From the NCBI GenBank assembly GCA_964276515.1, contig OZ193909.1:8680001-8744000 (forward strand): a stretch of 64,000 nt of DNA, given 5' to 3'. How positions within the stretch are numbered: the stretch's first letter is position 1; each line of letters opens with the position of its first letter. Below, in pieces: positions 40,601 through 53,336 of this stretch. Both the position numbers and the translations under genes were made by a program. The notes below the pieces were generated by a model. That model was not told the origin of the DNA, made no database searches, and saw only the letters and a list, made by a program, of their open reading frames with translations. Source of the DNA: Gordius albopunctatus. Lineage: Eukaryota.

Positions 40601-43600
40601 AAGCTCCTTTTTTAATTTACCCTTTTCGTAATAACTTTTTAACTATCAGTTTTTTAGAACCCAAACAAGTTTTGGGTGAAAGAGTGTGAATTTTAGTATA
40701 ATAAATTGCTAGGAATAAACAATTTAGTTATAAATAACTCTGTCATAACAACCCCCCAAGAAATATTTTACCCATGGGGCTATTGAGACCGGGCCTATAA
40801 TTTCCCTTTTATTCATTCATATATTAAAAATAGTGCAATTTCATAAGTGCAAAACGAATCATGGGCATTATTATGAAGATAAAAATGGGTTAGGCAGGGA
40901 GGCCGCTGCCCCCCTTCCAAATTTATAAGTTTCTATATATTTAATGAATTTATGGTTAAGTTTTTAAAACCCACACATTTTAAATCATATCCGGACTTTT
41001 GCCCCCCCCACCTTTTATTTAATTTCTGCCTTTGCCCATGAAAAGAAAAATCAAGTTTAAATAAACAAAAAATTTGTTAAGGTATAGTCAAATAAACTTT
41101 GCCTCTCCCCCTATAAAAAATATACAAAAAACGGAAGTTGCTAAAAAAATAATATAAAAAATAAATATTAATGCAGTGCATGCAAATACTATAAATTTAA
41201 CATCAGCATGGAGATTGATTTACATGCAAAGGTTGCTCAATGTGAGCTCATCGATCCAGTGGCGTAGCTAGGGGGGGGCTCAGGGGGCCCGGGCCCACCC
41301 AAGAGCAAAAACCGGGCCCCATGGGCCCCCCCCCCCCCCCCAGCGAAAAATCTTGGGCCCCTGGGCCCCGTGCGCCATTATTTTATTTTAATTAAGAAAT
41401 ATATGAAGATTATAATTAATTGTTTTTGAATATAACTTTTAATTTTAATATAAAGCCCAGATATTTGTTTAATAAATGCAATTCAACGGTTTATAGCCTA
41501 ATATTAACTTCAAATGATATTAGAAATGAGGATTACTATCGAATTCTTTATAATAAGGCGAAAGAGTTACCTTCAATTTTTGATTTAGTACCTTCTAAAC
41601 GTATTATAAAACCAAAAAAGTATAACACTTTTTACTCTTTTGAATCTACCAATTCATTAATTGATTTCAAAATTGATTTATAATATCCGATCATCGATAG
41701 TAGCAGAATTAAACATTAGATTTTCGGAAATTAATTGTAATATAGGTGGCTTAGCCAGCATTTGAATTAGAGGGGGGCTATAATGATTTAGGGAAGGGCA
41801 AAATGATCATTTTTTCAAATTTCAGCCATAATTTTGATAAATTTTAACAACCTTTTGGATTTAGAGGGGGCAGCCCCCTCCCTTGGCTAGGTCCATGGAT
41901 TATTAAACCCTTCATCCCCTTTTTTGCGATAAATCTCTTTTATCAGAAGTAATTTACCATTATGAATTAACACTGCCAGATGTAGAAATAACAATGAAAA
42001 AAAATAATGTAATATATTATAATTCTTTACTTCGAATAAAATAAAATGCAATGATTTTTTTCCACTTATTAAAATTTTGCCCCAATAATGTTTTTAAATT
42101 TTATTATTTTGATTAAATAATTTTAACTATCCCAATAACTTTATGCTCATGCGAAGGATCGTTCTCATTGCTAAAACGGATTAAAACTTATCTTCGTTCC
42201 ACAATTGGACAAGATAGGTTATCTTCCTTAGCTTTATTGGGCTCAGAACATGACTTTGTAAATGTTATTCCCCTGGTTGATATTATAAATTCGTTTGCAA
42301 CATCGAGTAAAAGGCTTATTGAATTACTATTAAAAGACTAATTTTAATATTTAATGAAAAATTATGTGGGCTTTTAAACTTTTTAACACTTTCAAAATAT
42401 ATTAAAATATTATTAAATTTACGAAAATTCCATCCTGGATTCAATTTAATTGCCCATCTCGCATGCTTATTGTTTAACATATCTTGCATATTTTTATTGC
42501 ACTCATAAAGCCAATGATTTTCCAAAAAATAGTTTGTACACCATTCTTTCCCTTTTATTAGGGATCTCCCATCAAAAGTTTGATAAATTAATATTAATAA
42601 CAAATTCCTGATTTTTATAGACAATTGTTAACGCATCAAGACTTTTAAGGGATAAAAATCACAAAAAAATCCTTTTGATGTGCCTAGGATTCATACGAAA
42701 TGTACAAAAACGCTAATTTGTCGTGTGCATCTCAGATATCTAATTTCATCTATAATTATTAAGTAAAGTTTTGATTCATTTAATTTGGACAGAATATTTA
42801 GGTTGATTTAACCGTTAAATTTATTAGTTCATGGTGTGGAGGGGGGGGGGCGGTGCAAATATACCTATAATATCATCAGGAGCAATAACTTCTAAATACT
42901 CATTCTCGAACGAATTTTAATTTCATAATTAATTATTTTATATTATAATTACGCCTTTTGAGGATCTAGCCTTAAAAAAGGCTTTTAAATGTTCTCATTG
43001 TTTTCATGATATAAATGCTGCCAATATTGCATATGTAAAATTATAAAATGTTATATATATGGCCAAGATTTTTTGTGGTTTTGGCAATAATAATTTTTAT
43101 AAAAACCTTTTTATTTAGTTTTTTTTACTATTTGTATTATTTTTTAAAATGTCAACGATTTCTGTCAATATCCCCGTTCCACCTTGTGCCCTTACAATCA
43201 TTTATACACAAACTTATTATACAAAGTGAAATTTATGTTGTTTCATTTCAACTACATTACTTTGTTTTATTTATGAATAAATTTTCATTATTTTATAACC
43301 TAGCATACGGGTCTAAGACATACCAGTGTGATGTTATTGGAAAAAATACACAAAGTAGTAGCGGGATTTTAAGTTTGTCCAACGTTTATGGGAGAAAAAT
43401 TCTTAATTTGCGTTTGACCCATGGTCGTATTCAGGTTTTGGATTAAGGGGGGGGAGAATTTTTAAAGGTATATGTAGTTAGAGCCCTGCACGGGCCGCCC
43501 GAAGCCCGACCCGGCCCCAAAATTTCATAAAATAAAGGGGGCTCGGGTCGGGCCTGATGTGGCAGCCCGACCTCAGGCCCGAGCCCGGCCCGAATTGAAC

Positions 43601-44776
43601 TAAAGCAAATTAATCTTTTATAAAATAGAATTTAAATAAATTAAATATCTTGGCACAGTGTACATTATATAGCTCTCAAACTTCAGCTCTTTTCCCTTGT
43701 CTGTTATAATATAACCGACATGAAATGCAAATCTTATTCTATTATTTAAATAGATTCATAGAAGTTACAACTTTAGAAATAAGAGAAGTAAATATTTCAA
43801 AAAGTTTTTTATTTGGAACTGTAAAAAATATATTTTATAAAGTTATATTTTTAGCTTTAAATTATTAGCTGAATATATTTTAACGAGTGAAAATGGATTT
43901 TTTATTTCAAACTTATCCTAGTTGTAAATTACGAGTAATAACAATCTAATGCATTTTATATTTAGATGGTGAAAAAAATTTGAAAAATACAATTTTTTCG
44001 AAATTTTATTTGAAAAATCGGGTCGGACTCGGACCCAAATTAAAAATGTCTTTCGGGCTCGGGCCGGGCTCGGGCAAAATAAAAATTGGAAAATCGGGCT
44101 CGGGCAGAAGAAATTTCTTTTTGCAGGGCTCTATATGTAGTTAAAATTTTTTTTTTTTTTTTTTGTTAAAAAGTTTATTTTCAAGAAACAAAGTTACATT
44201 AATAAGTATAGTTTTTTTTAGCGTTAATTGAATGTTTTCATAAATAAAATAACAAAAAGTTACTAAGGATATTATACCTCTGCTTATGTGACATGTATAG
44301 CCCCGGGCATTTTTTTGATTTCTATTTGTCTAGGGCGCTTTTATATTTATGATATGTATGTTATGAGTTCAATATAGGTCATATAAAGAATAAAAATTAC
44401 AAATTTTATGTGCCAACTTAGAGAGTAATGGTTACATAAAAGTTCGAGATCTGCGAGAACTTCTCAAGGCCATTGATGACAACGTTAGTGAAGAAGAATT
44501 AGATCAAATGATCAAAGAAATTGATTCCGATGGCAGTGGAACTGTTGACTTTGATGGTAATTCACAATTTTAATAGTATTATATAAAGTTTAATCTTAAA
44601 TAATTTCAAGCACTGAATGTTTCTGGTGTTTTTAAATATAGCAGTTGTAATTTTCGAATTATTATTAATTATATTATAATGCAGAACATTTTTTGAAAAA
44701 ATATGAAATTGGCTTTATGATTAAATATTTTCTATTAGAATTCATGGAAATGATGGGAGCTAAACCGAAAAATTAA
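37636..44776 (+). CDS. TnC: Troponin C (155 aa; exons 37636-37638, 37730-37763, 38106-38249, 38442-38555, 44422-44556, 44739-44776)
   Basis: Six GT-AG exons splice in phase to [26 protein letters not shown]...[68 protein letters not shown]. The C-lobe matches the invertebrate troponin C signature, and the first coding exon is ATG only. Confidence 0.88.
39533..39696. mobile_element. hAT-type MITE (related copies near 3757-3890, 38625-38775 and 41745-41900)
   Basis: TIR ATGGGCGTAGC..GCTACGCCCATG flanked by near-duplicated TTAATAC(C/T). Shared internal GAATTAGAGGGGGGC..GATTTAGAGGGGGCAG body. Confidence 0.7.
42100..42760 (-). mobile_element. Decayed hAT (ZMYM1/DUF4371-like) transposase fragment in TnC intron 4
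   Basis: Remnants ..[22 protein letters not shown].. and LSCPIVERR resemble hAT Q.YDG and CPTRW motifs. Many stops. Confidence 0.4.
43479..44133. mobile_element. hAT MITE with 8-bp TSD
   Basis: TIR TAGAGCCCTGCA / TGCAGGGCTCTA, TSD TATGTAGT on both sides, and subterminal CCCGA/TCGGG repeats. Confidence 0.9.
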
Positions 44777-46567
44777 TTGAAACTCCAGATATTTATTTCA
44801 AATTGTTGAGCCTTTAATATACAAATTTAATCACTCATTCGAAATTTACATGTATTTTAAATTTTAGTGGTGTTCAATTATTTGTTTAATTATTATAAAA
44901 GAATTTGGTTTGTATACAATTATTTAAAGTATATTAAATTTATGTTAAAAATAAAAATAGAATAATTATAAATTTTTAAAAGGGTTAAGCCATTTGTTTG
45001 TACTAGTTTGAGGCACCATTAAGTTTTGAAAGGTAGACTAGTTATAGCCCTGTTCAGGGGATAGATTAACCCTGACGTTTTCACTTCTTATTAGTGTATG
45101 CCAACTCAAATCAATAAGAAGATTGTTTCAATATAAAATACATAAAAAATGCAAATGTAATATGATTGTATTTTATATAATACAATTAAAAAAAGAGTCA
45201 AGATGACAATCTAACTTAAATACACTGAAAAGTCAGATTCTGCAATGGGAAAAACTTTTTTTAAAGTATAATCATAGTCTATTTCTATTCCAAATTACAG
45301 TAATTTGGATTATTTCAACAAAATTTTTGTTTTTTAAATTTTGGAATTTGTAAGACACAATGAGAATTGGCTAGAACTAGCCCCTCTCCGACTAGCCCCA
45401 CCCCTATTTTTATAAACAATTAATAATTTAACATGTTATATTGCGAATTTTATATAAAAAATATCCCTTTATAAGATAAAACTTAAATTAGTCCAAAATA
45501 AAGAGCCAAAAATATTTTATGTGCAAAATAAAATTTTGTCAGTGCAACTAATAGCCCCGAAAATCGTTGTTCTCGAATAAAAAATTTAAATTTTATTTTT
45601 CTATACAACAATTTTTTACTTATACCTTATGAAAAAATACACATATGGTTTAAATTTTAATAATATATCATTATTATTTTAAAAAATAATTACAAAGATA
45701 ATAGTAGCCCTGGGCTACGAAGCCCCGGTCTCCCCTACCACTTGACAAATTTGCCTTTTTAAGGCGCGCAAGTCATAGGTTTTGATAACAGCCAAGCATA
45801 CCATTTACTTGAAACCTCTAATGTCCCAAATGTAATTATAAATTGGTTTAGAGAAATCTATGGGTTAATGTTTAGTCTATCGTGATTAAAAAACTAGAGC
45901 ATAGGTTTACAAAAGATTAGCAAAAGGCTAGTAAACCTTTAAGGTTTTTTAATACCCAAACATAACTTATGAACCAAGGTTGAATATATGAACTCATTAG
46001 ATTCGGTTATAACTCAAAATTAATCCAAATGCTTTTATGTGGAAAAATGTAGATATAGTGAACTTTTAGGTTAGGTAACCTAAGGTCAATATATATTTTT
46101 AGACTGAGTTTTATTTAAATATTATAATTTAAACTTCTTATAATTATTAAAGCATTGGTAAATGCGACAATATAAATGAACTATTTATGATCGATTTAAA
46201 TAATTTTTTAATATAAAGATAATGTATTTTGTCCCACAGTCGTGGAGTTTGTTATAAGTGTCTTTCATCTTGATCTGGTTAGGGACGTCCTAATTTATCT
46301 TTTACACATCATAAGCCATTTGCCCTTTCCATGTAAGGCGAGTAGTGTTGCTATTCAGTGCGTCACTTAGAATCTGCTCTGTTAAAAGGAGTAAACAGAG
46401 TTAGTACCATCACCATTATAACGGCTGCCCCCCCCCCTAATTAGCCATTTTATAGGTCGCGTTTTGGATACTGGAGACCTTTTTTTTGCTCGCAGAAAAT
46501 TTTTGGTAAGGAAAATTTTTTTTTACTCTGCCCCCCCCCCTTAATTCAAAACCTGGCTACGCCTATG

Positions 46568-46880
46568 GTCACTTGGAAGCGCTAAAGCTATAGCACATAG
46601 TCACTTGGAGGCGCTAGAGCTATAGCATAGTCACTTGAAGGCGCTAGAGCTAAAGTTTGCCGCTAACATTGTTATAAAATTTATAGGTTAAATTGCATTA
46701 TGCGCACATGTGGCATCACATGTGCGTATATTAATGCCACATGTGCATATAATAATGTAATTTAACCTATAAATTTTATAAGAATGTTAGCGGCACGCTT
46801 TAGCTCTAGCGCTTTCAAGTGACTATATGCTATAGCGCCTTATGTGACTATGTGCTATAGCTTTAGCGCATCCAAGCGAC
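46568..46880. repeat. Foldback palindrome with tandem subrepeats in the arms
   Basis: Arms of about 150 bp (GTCACTTG.AGGCGCTA.AGCTA x3 ... TTATAAAATTTATAGGTTAAATT) are mirrored around about 46725. Confidence 0.85.
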
Positions 46881-47199
46881 TATGCTATGTAGATGGAAGG
46901 CGCTACCCGCGCTGGTGCTAGGCGTTTCACCATCACTAGTGTAAGGTCTCTTTTTCCCTGATTCCCTCCCCTATCGTTTTAAATATTACTATGGAGCGAT
47001 CCTTGTTAATTTAATAGCACCGCCACATGTGCCGTATTTTCAAGCTATATTTGTTTTTGCATATTGCAAAGCACAGCACACAGCGTTTGTTGACAACAGC
47101 AGCTATCTGCATATATCTAATGTTTCATACGAGTGTCTATGACAAAAGAATATACTAGCGGTCGGTTTGAACCACACCCACATTGAATGTCTTTAAAAG

Positions 47200-47760
47200 A
47201 AAATAAGACTATCAATGTAGGTGTGGCTATTTTATGTATACCTACCCCAGCAGACCCCTCGGCGCGTGCTTATACAACAGTGAGGTCACCCTCTTCCTCT
47301 CTTACCTGGCACCTCCATGTCCAATACTTTTCAATTTACATCATTCCACTTCTTATTTGACCACACCACCTTAGTAGATTTTCGTTAATCAATCGCAATA
47401 CTCATTTTTGCCCTAAGACAGTCTTTTGTCATATGGCCCAGCTAAGTATACCCCAAGCTCCACCGTATCTTATCTCCGTGGCTTGTAATGACTTTTCTTC
47501 AGTGGCGTTTATTGCCCATGTTTCACTTCCATACAGTCACACCTCTCCAATGGATTTGTAAGCTTTGTTCTTTAACCATATAAGCATTTTCTTGTAGCAC
47601 ATTTCACCGGATTTCGTCATTTAAGTTATTAATTTTGCATCCGTGCACTATCTTATTTGCGCCTTCCTCTTAAAGGAGTCGAGCGTATGTCTATTCTCCA
47701 GCCCGTTTTTTGATTGCTGACCTTTGAACCATGTTTAGCTAAGCTCTTTGAGAACTATTA
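47200..47760 (-). mobile_element. RTE LINE 3' fragment
   Basis: 47440-47600 is visibly similar to 26620-26790 (TATACCCCAAGCTCCACCGTATC..ATGGATTTGTAAGCTTTG). Confidence 0.7.
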
Positions 47761-49384
47761 GAGTTTATCAAATACTTTCTCCTTTGATTGAATTAATAAT
47801 GAACTACCACTTTACACTATTTTTTTACAATTTAAAAATATTATTTTGTTGGTATATTTTACCTTTCACAAGTCAAGTTTAAATTTACGTCCAAATTAAA
47901 ACATCATATTTAAAAACATAAAAGGAATTCAATTAACTAAATAAATGATCTGCAATTATACATATTGATATTAATTAAAAAAAATAATATACCTAATAGC
48001 ATTAATTTAAAAGATATGTCCCATGAATTTTGCAATAAAAAATTCATAACCTTTGACCCGACACGAATTCAACCCGACCCCACCCGAAAGCATAACCGAA
48101 CACGACACGAAAGCATTTTAAAATTATCAACCCGAACCCGACACAAAGACATTAAAAAATTTTAAACCCTAACCCGACACAATATCGGGTCAAGTTTCGG
48201 GTCACCCGTGTAGTACTCTACCTATGCTATTAGAATATTCTATAATAAGGTTATATCCTTAACTACTTCTGACACCTTTAATATCCATGATGTTATTAAA
48301 GAAATCATCTTTATTTAATTATCAATAAGTTAAATCCTAAAAGACAGACTACTTTATTTTTTTAAACTAATTACTCTACTTATGTAAGCTAACGCTAAGA
48401 ATGCACGGCATATTTCAAATTTTGACCGCAGTAGTTTTCGATTTCCATAAGTATAAACACAGTAATAAGTACAATTAACTAATAAAAGTGTTTTTTTCAT
48501 ATAATAATAGCCCAGACGTAAAATGAAAATAACTATATCGATTCCAAATTTTCGATTTCATCGTCGATGTCTTCAAACAAAGATTGGTCTACTTCATCTA
48601 ATTGGGCACACTTCGTTTCATCAATGTTTTCCAAAAATTCTTCATCTTCAAGAAACATTTGGTCGGATATGTTCATCATACTGTTCTTTTCAAAAATCTG
48701 CTTACCTTTAATAAACATATATAATTATGGCGATAAACATTTTTCGGGTAATTAGTATCCCACAAAACATTCAAATAAACAAAAATGATATTATCAAGGT
48801 TGAGCAAAAATTGGTAAAAATGATAACATGTCATGTTGGAAATCTAGTTAAATAAGCGTTCCCTTCAAGTTCAAACATCTTTAAAAATGCAGACAGAGCC
48901 GTGTGATTGCAAAAAAACTCTCGCTACAAAAGTTTTTTCGATAAAAATTATAAATTGTATTTTAAAAAGGACTTATTGATCAATTAACCTAATGGACCAT
49001 ATAATTATTGGACAAGTTTTTATACAATTTGAGAGCCATGGGTGATTTTGTACCAAAAGAACATGTTACACAATAATCTCACAATCTTATTTAGAGTGGC
49101 AATTAAATTATACAAAGGGAGATTGATGTTTGAATGTCTATATAATAAGCGAAAATTTTATACCATATTCACACTATTTTAAATAATCACATTGGGGTAG
49201 CCAAGGGTGGATGTCCCCCTCCCACCTTAAGCAAATTTATTTAATTTTTAAATAACTATGATTACTATTATTAAAAACATCATTTTCCCTCCCCTTCCAT
49301 TCAAATCCCGGCTACATAGATCTAATATTATCGAGTATAAAAAATTTGTTTTGTAAATTTATTGCAACATTTATAAAAAATTGA

Positions 49385-49795
49385 CGAATACAATAATGGG
49401 GTATTGACCTTTTTGATCAATTTCGGGGCTCATATCGAGTGGGGATACGATCTAAAAAATGGTAATGGCTCATAGTACGGTTTTATCTCAATGGTGCCGT
49501 AGTGAATTCATGGCTTTTGTATCAAGAAGTTCATAAAGGGGTTCCTCTATTAAATTTTTTGCGGGAGATAACAGTACCTTTACTATCTGTACCAAATATT
49601 CCGCGGCTCAGGATGGTATATCCAAGGCGTACCTGCAATGTTTATACCGAGGTGCGGTTCGATAAGCAAGAACATTGGCCTGCAAAAAACCTCACGCAAA
49701 GGAGGTGTGCCGTTTGTGACAAAGCTTCAACACATATATGCACAAAATGTAATGTTGATCTTCATATGGTATGTTTTACTCAATATCATACTAAA
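49385..49795 (+). pseudogene. piggyBac (PGBD-like) transposase C-terminal fragment with cysteine-rich domain
   Basis: GIDLFDQ..YRVGIRSKKW*W..AVVNSWLLY and RRCAVC..THICTKCNVDLH..CFTQYH. Confidence 0.8.
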
Positions 49796-50179
49796 TATCT
49801 TGCTATACACCTTTATTTTATATTTTTAGGATTTATTTTTTATAAATGTTGCAATAAATTTAAAAAATTATTTTTTATGCTGAATAATATTAGATCTATG
49901 CAGCTTTGGCTAATTACAAATTAAGAATTTAAATGGGTTTAAGACACGCCCCGTGAAACACCAAGAGTGAAGTTTAATTTTCCTAAATGCAACGTTTTCA
50001 TTACATTTAGGCGAAGGTGCAGAACTAATCAACTCACATCGTCCAACCAACTTATTGATCTCGTCTAAAGGCTAGTAAAGGCCGTGACGTATGTAACTAA
50101 GCAGGTTTTTCCTATCATTTAAAACCACCAAGAAATAACTGTTTAAGCGGTTTCATACATATTTTACTACTTAAAAGAT

Positions 50180-51979
50180 CACAACAAATTATTTGCTAAG
50201 TATTCTATTCAAATTGCAAAGTATTTTTAGCGTCATTACTAAGTATTTTATTCATTTGCTAAGTATTTAATTCGTTTGCTAAATTTTTAAATTCAAATGC
50301 TAAGTTTTAAATTTAAATGATAAGTATTTTAATGTTTTGCTAAGTATTTAAATAAATTGTGCCAAGTATTTAGATTATTTGCTAAGTATTTAAATATATT
50401 ATGCTAAGTATTCAAAAGATTTTATAAATTTTAGAACAAATTAAGCAGTCTGTTTTTTATATAACATTTAATATAATATTATGTTCGAACAATAACTGGC
50501 GTTCTTTGGCGCCAAGATCACACACCAATTTGGCATACATTTATTTAATTGCTTAATTATGGAAGTCCAACAAATCTCGCCTTATTTATCAGATGAAGAG
50601 GAAGAAGCTCAGGGGTTGAAATTCATCGCAGGCAGTTGTACAGATCGATTGAATGGGAACATAGCAAAGAAAGTAATTAACTCAAAATTTATAATTATAT
50701 TATTCTGGAATAGGTGATGTTAGTTGACAAGCACTATCAAGATGAATTAATTGAAGACATTGACAAGCTACAACTTGTCAGAATGAAAAAGTTTTTCTGA
50801 AAGCAACAAAATTGTTCCTTCTAAAATGGGACTTCAAAATACTACATTTATTGATTCTTTTAAGAAGGAATGGATCAATCAGAATAATACATGGTACACT
50901 GGTTATCGCCTTTATACTCCAACCACAAACAACTGTTTGGAATCAACGAATAGAAAAAATAAAAGATTATTATACGTTAAGGGAACGAATCCCTCTTACT
51001 CGATTTAAAATTTTTGCAATGGAGATGGTTAAAAAGTGGTCTGTATATTACCAATTACAACAAGTTACAATAGCATCTTCTCCAACAATTTCAACAAAGC
51101 TTTGGACAGAAAGCTACCAATAGGCAAAACTCAACAAAAATGCCATAATATACAACAACAATAATAAAAAAGTTTATGTTGTACTAGACAAAATAAGTCA
51201 ATCAATAAATCAAGATACAAGAATCAGAATAGATGACTGGGCCTCCTATGAGAATTTCAAAAAGCAAAATTTTAAGGCCTGGTCCATAATCTTCCTTGAA
51301 AAAGCCATATGTGGCAAAAGGGTCAATGCAGTTGCCCCTCATTTCACAATAATTACATCTTCAAGCATATAATAGGGTTAGCCCTAACACTAAAAATATG
51401 CAAACCCCCTATGGAAGCCAAAAATGTCACAATAGGAGAAAAAAGAAGACGTGGAAGACCTTCTAAAGCTAAAAAAGCTTTGATAATCCAATAAATATAT
51501 ATACAAGCCACCGTTATTATAATTATATATTGTAGTTGAATAAAATCTCTATCAATTATCCTATTGGCTATTTATATCATTTTATATGTGAAGTCATTAT
51601 ACAACATGAAGGGTATTTCTTCACTTCTACCTTCAAATTTTCAACACTTTTTTGTGTCATAAATAAAACTTTGAAATAAAAAAACTTAGCATTTTATAAT
51701 AATAACTTAGCACTTCAAAACAGAAAACCTAGCATTTTTAAGAATTAAACATTTTCTTTGGAATTATTACCATTAAAACTTTGTCCTTTTTAGCTTTAAA
51801 ACCTTATTATCTTATATTTTTTTTTAAATAAATACTTAGTATTTTAATAAAAAAGAACTTAGCATATCAAAATAAAAACTTAGCAATTTAATTAAAAAAA
51901 ACTTAGCATTTAGATTAAAATAATTAGCATAAATTACTTAGCAATTTGTAATTTTTTATTTAGCAGTTAAATAACACCC
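50180..51979 (+). mobile_element. MULE/Mutator-type element with 9-bp TSD and degenerate SWIM transposase
   Basis: TSD TTAAAAGAT at 50171-50179 and 51980-51988. Inverted subterminal GCTAAGT arrays. Remnants TNNCLESTN, CSCPSF..KH (SWIM) and KRRRGRPSK (AT-hook). Confidence 0.85.
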
Positions 51980-53336
51980 TTAAAAGATTATGATTTAAAT
52001 TAAGAAAATAATATAAACACCCCAGCGTAATTTTTGCCCTTTGAACGTCCGAACCGCCAAAGTATTGGCCCATGAATATATTAGGTCTAGGGGTCTGCAT
52101 GGGCTGGGCCTAATATAGAACAAAAAAGCGCGGGCCGAGTTTGGGCTTTGTTAAGTTAAAAAATTTGAATATAAAAAAATTTATTTTCTAAACAAAAATC
52201 TTGTGAAACTCAAAAATCATTATGTCATGCAATGTATAAGTTTTTGTCTAACAAACATTTAATGGAAAAACTTCAAGGCATCTCCGGAAAACATGTCATG
52301 TTATTAATTAATATGCTTTCACCTTATGAAAAGGCAAGCATCGGATTAGAAGCGGATAACACACCAACACTCTATAAAGTATTACCCTTTTATACACCAT
52401 TAAAAAGCATCCCAATTTTGTTTCCATCTTCTGCGTGTAACGATGAACCTGCTGACTCAGAGATCTATAAATTGAAATTAAGAGCCAAAACTATGCTAAT
52501 TTCAAAGTTTAATAACGATATTTATCATGAAACATCAACCTTTCTTGTTCCTACGTTTCGTATGTTAATAATGCTACGCGAAGATGAAATGAACGTCATA
52601 AAAAGTACGGTAACATAATTTTTCATCCATGCAAGAAGATCCTGGCTCTTTTTGCATAAGTCGCCCACCTATATCCAATCCAGCTCAGGTGCGCAACACT
52701 AAGCAATCATCTATTGGTAGGGTTGATACTTATCTCTAACGATTCAATAAACCAGACAATAGCTTGGGAAGCCCACTTCCGTTCTATCCTATCCCCCCAT
52801 TTAGTGGTGGGAAAAACCTTAGGTGGGGCGGACCTTAGGTTCGCCCAAGGTCAGGTTTTAGGTAAGGTTTTGTTAAAACCTCGAGGTTTTAAAACGACCT
52901 CACCTAAAACATTTCAGGTTTCGCCTGGGTTTTGCATCCACCTAAGTGTTCCCCAAGAACCCCACATAAAATTTTGGGGCTAGATTCAAACTCTAGCCCC
53001 AAACCTCAGGTCGGAAAGAATCCAAAAACTCTGACAAACCCCAAGGTCAGGTTAGCTTGGCGTTCCCATTCATAAGGTATGGTTTTTATATCCTAATATT
53101 TTGACTGAACTACAGTCACTAAGTAATTTTGTTTATTAAATTAATAATTATCATTTGTTTAGATTTAAAAAGGAAATTAAAATAATATTGTATCCTAATA
53201 TCAATATATAAAATCATAATATCAAATCAATACTCGACTATATCGTAATAGTCGATGTAAATGTATTATTTAGGTAATCGCTATGTGTAAACGATTTTAA
53301 TTTAGATGAACACATTATATCCTTTTATGCATTGCC

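Noticed and set aside
37636..44776. Calmodulin
   Set aside because: Far too divergent, with degenerate EF loops I-III. The C-lobe matches troponin C.
48533..48718. Acidic 61-aa ORF, possibly a transposase N-terminus
   Set aside because: Composition alone is not diagnostic, and no linked catalytic motifs are in frame.
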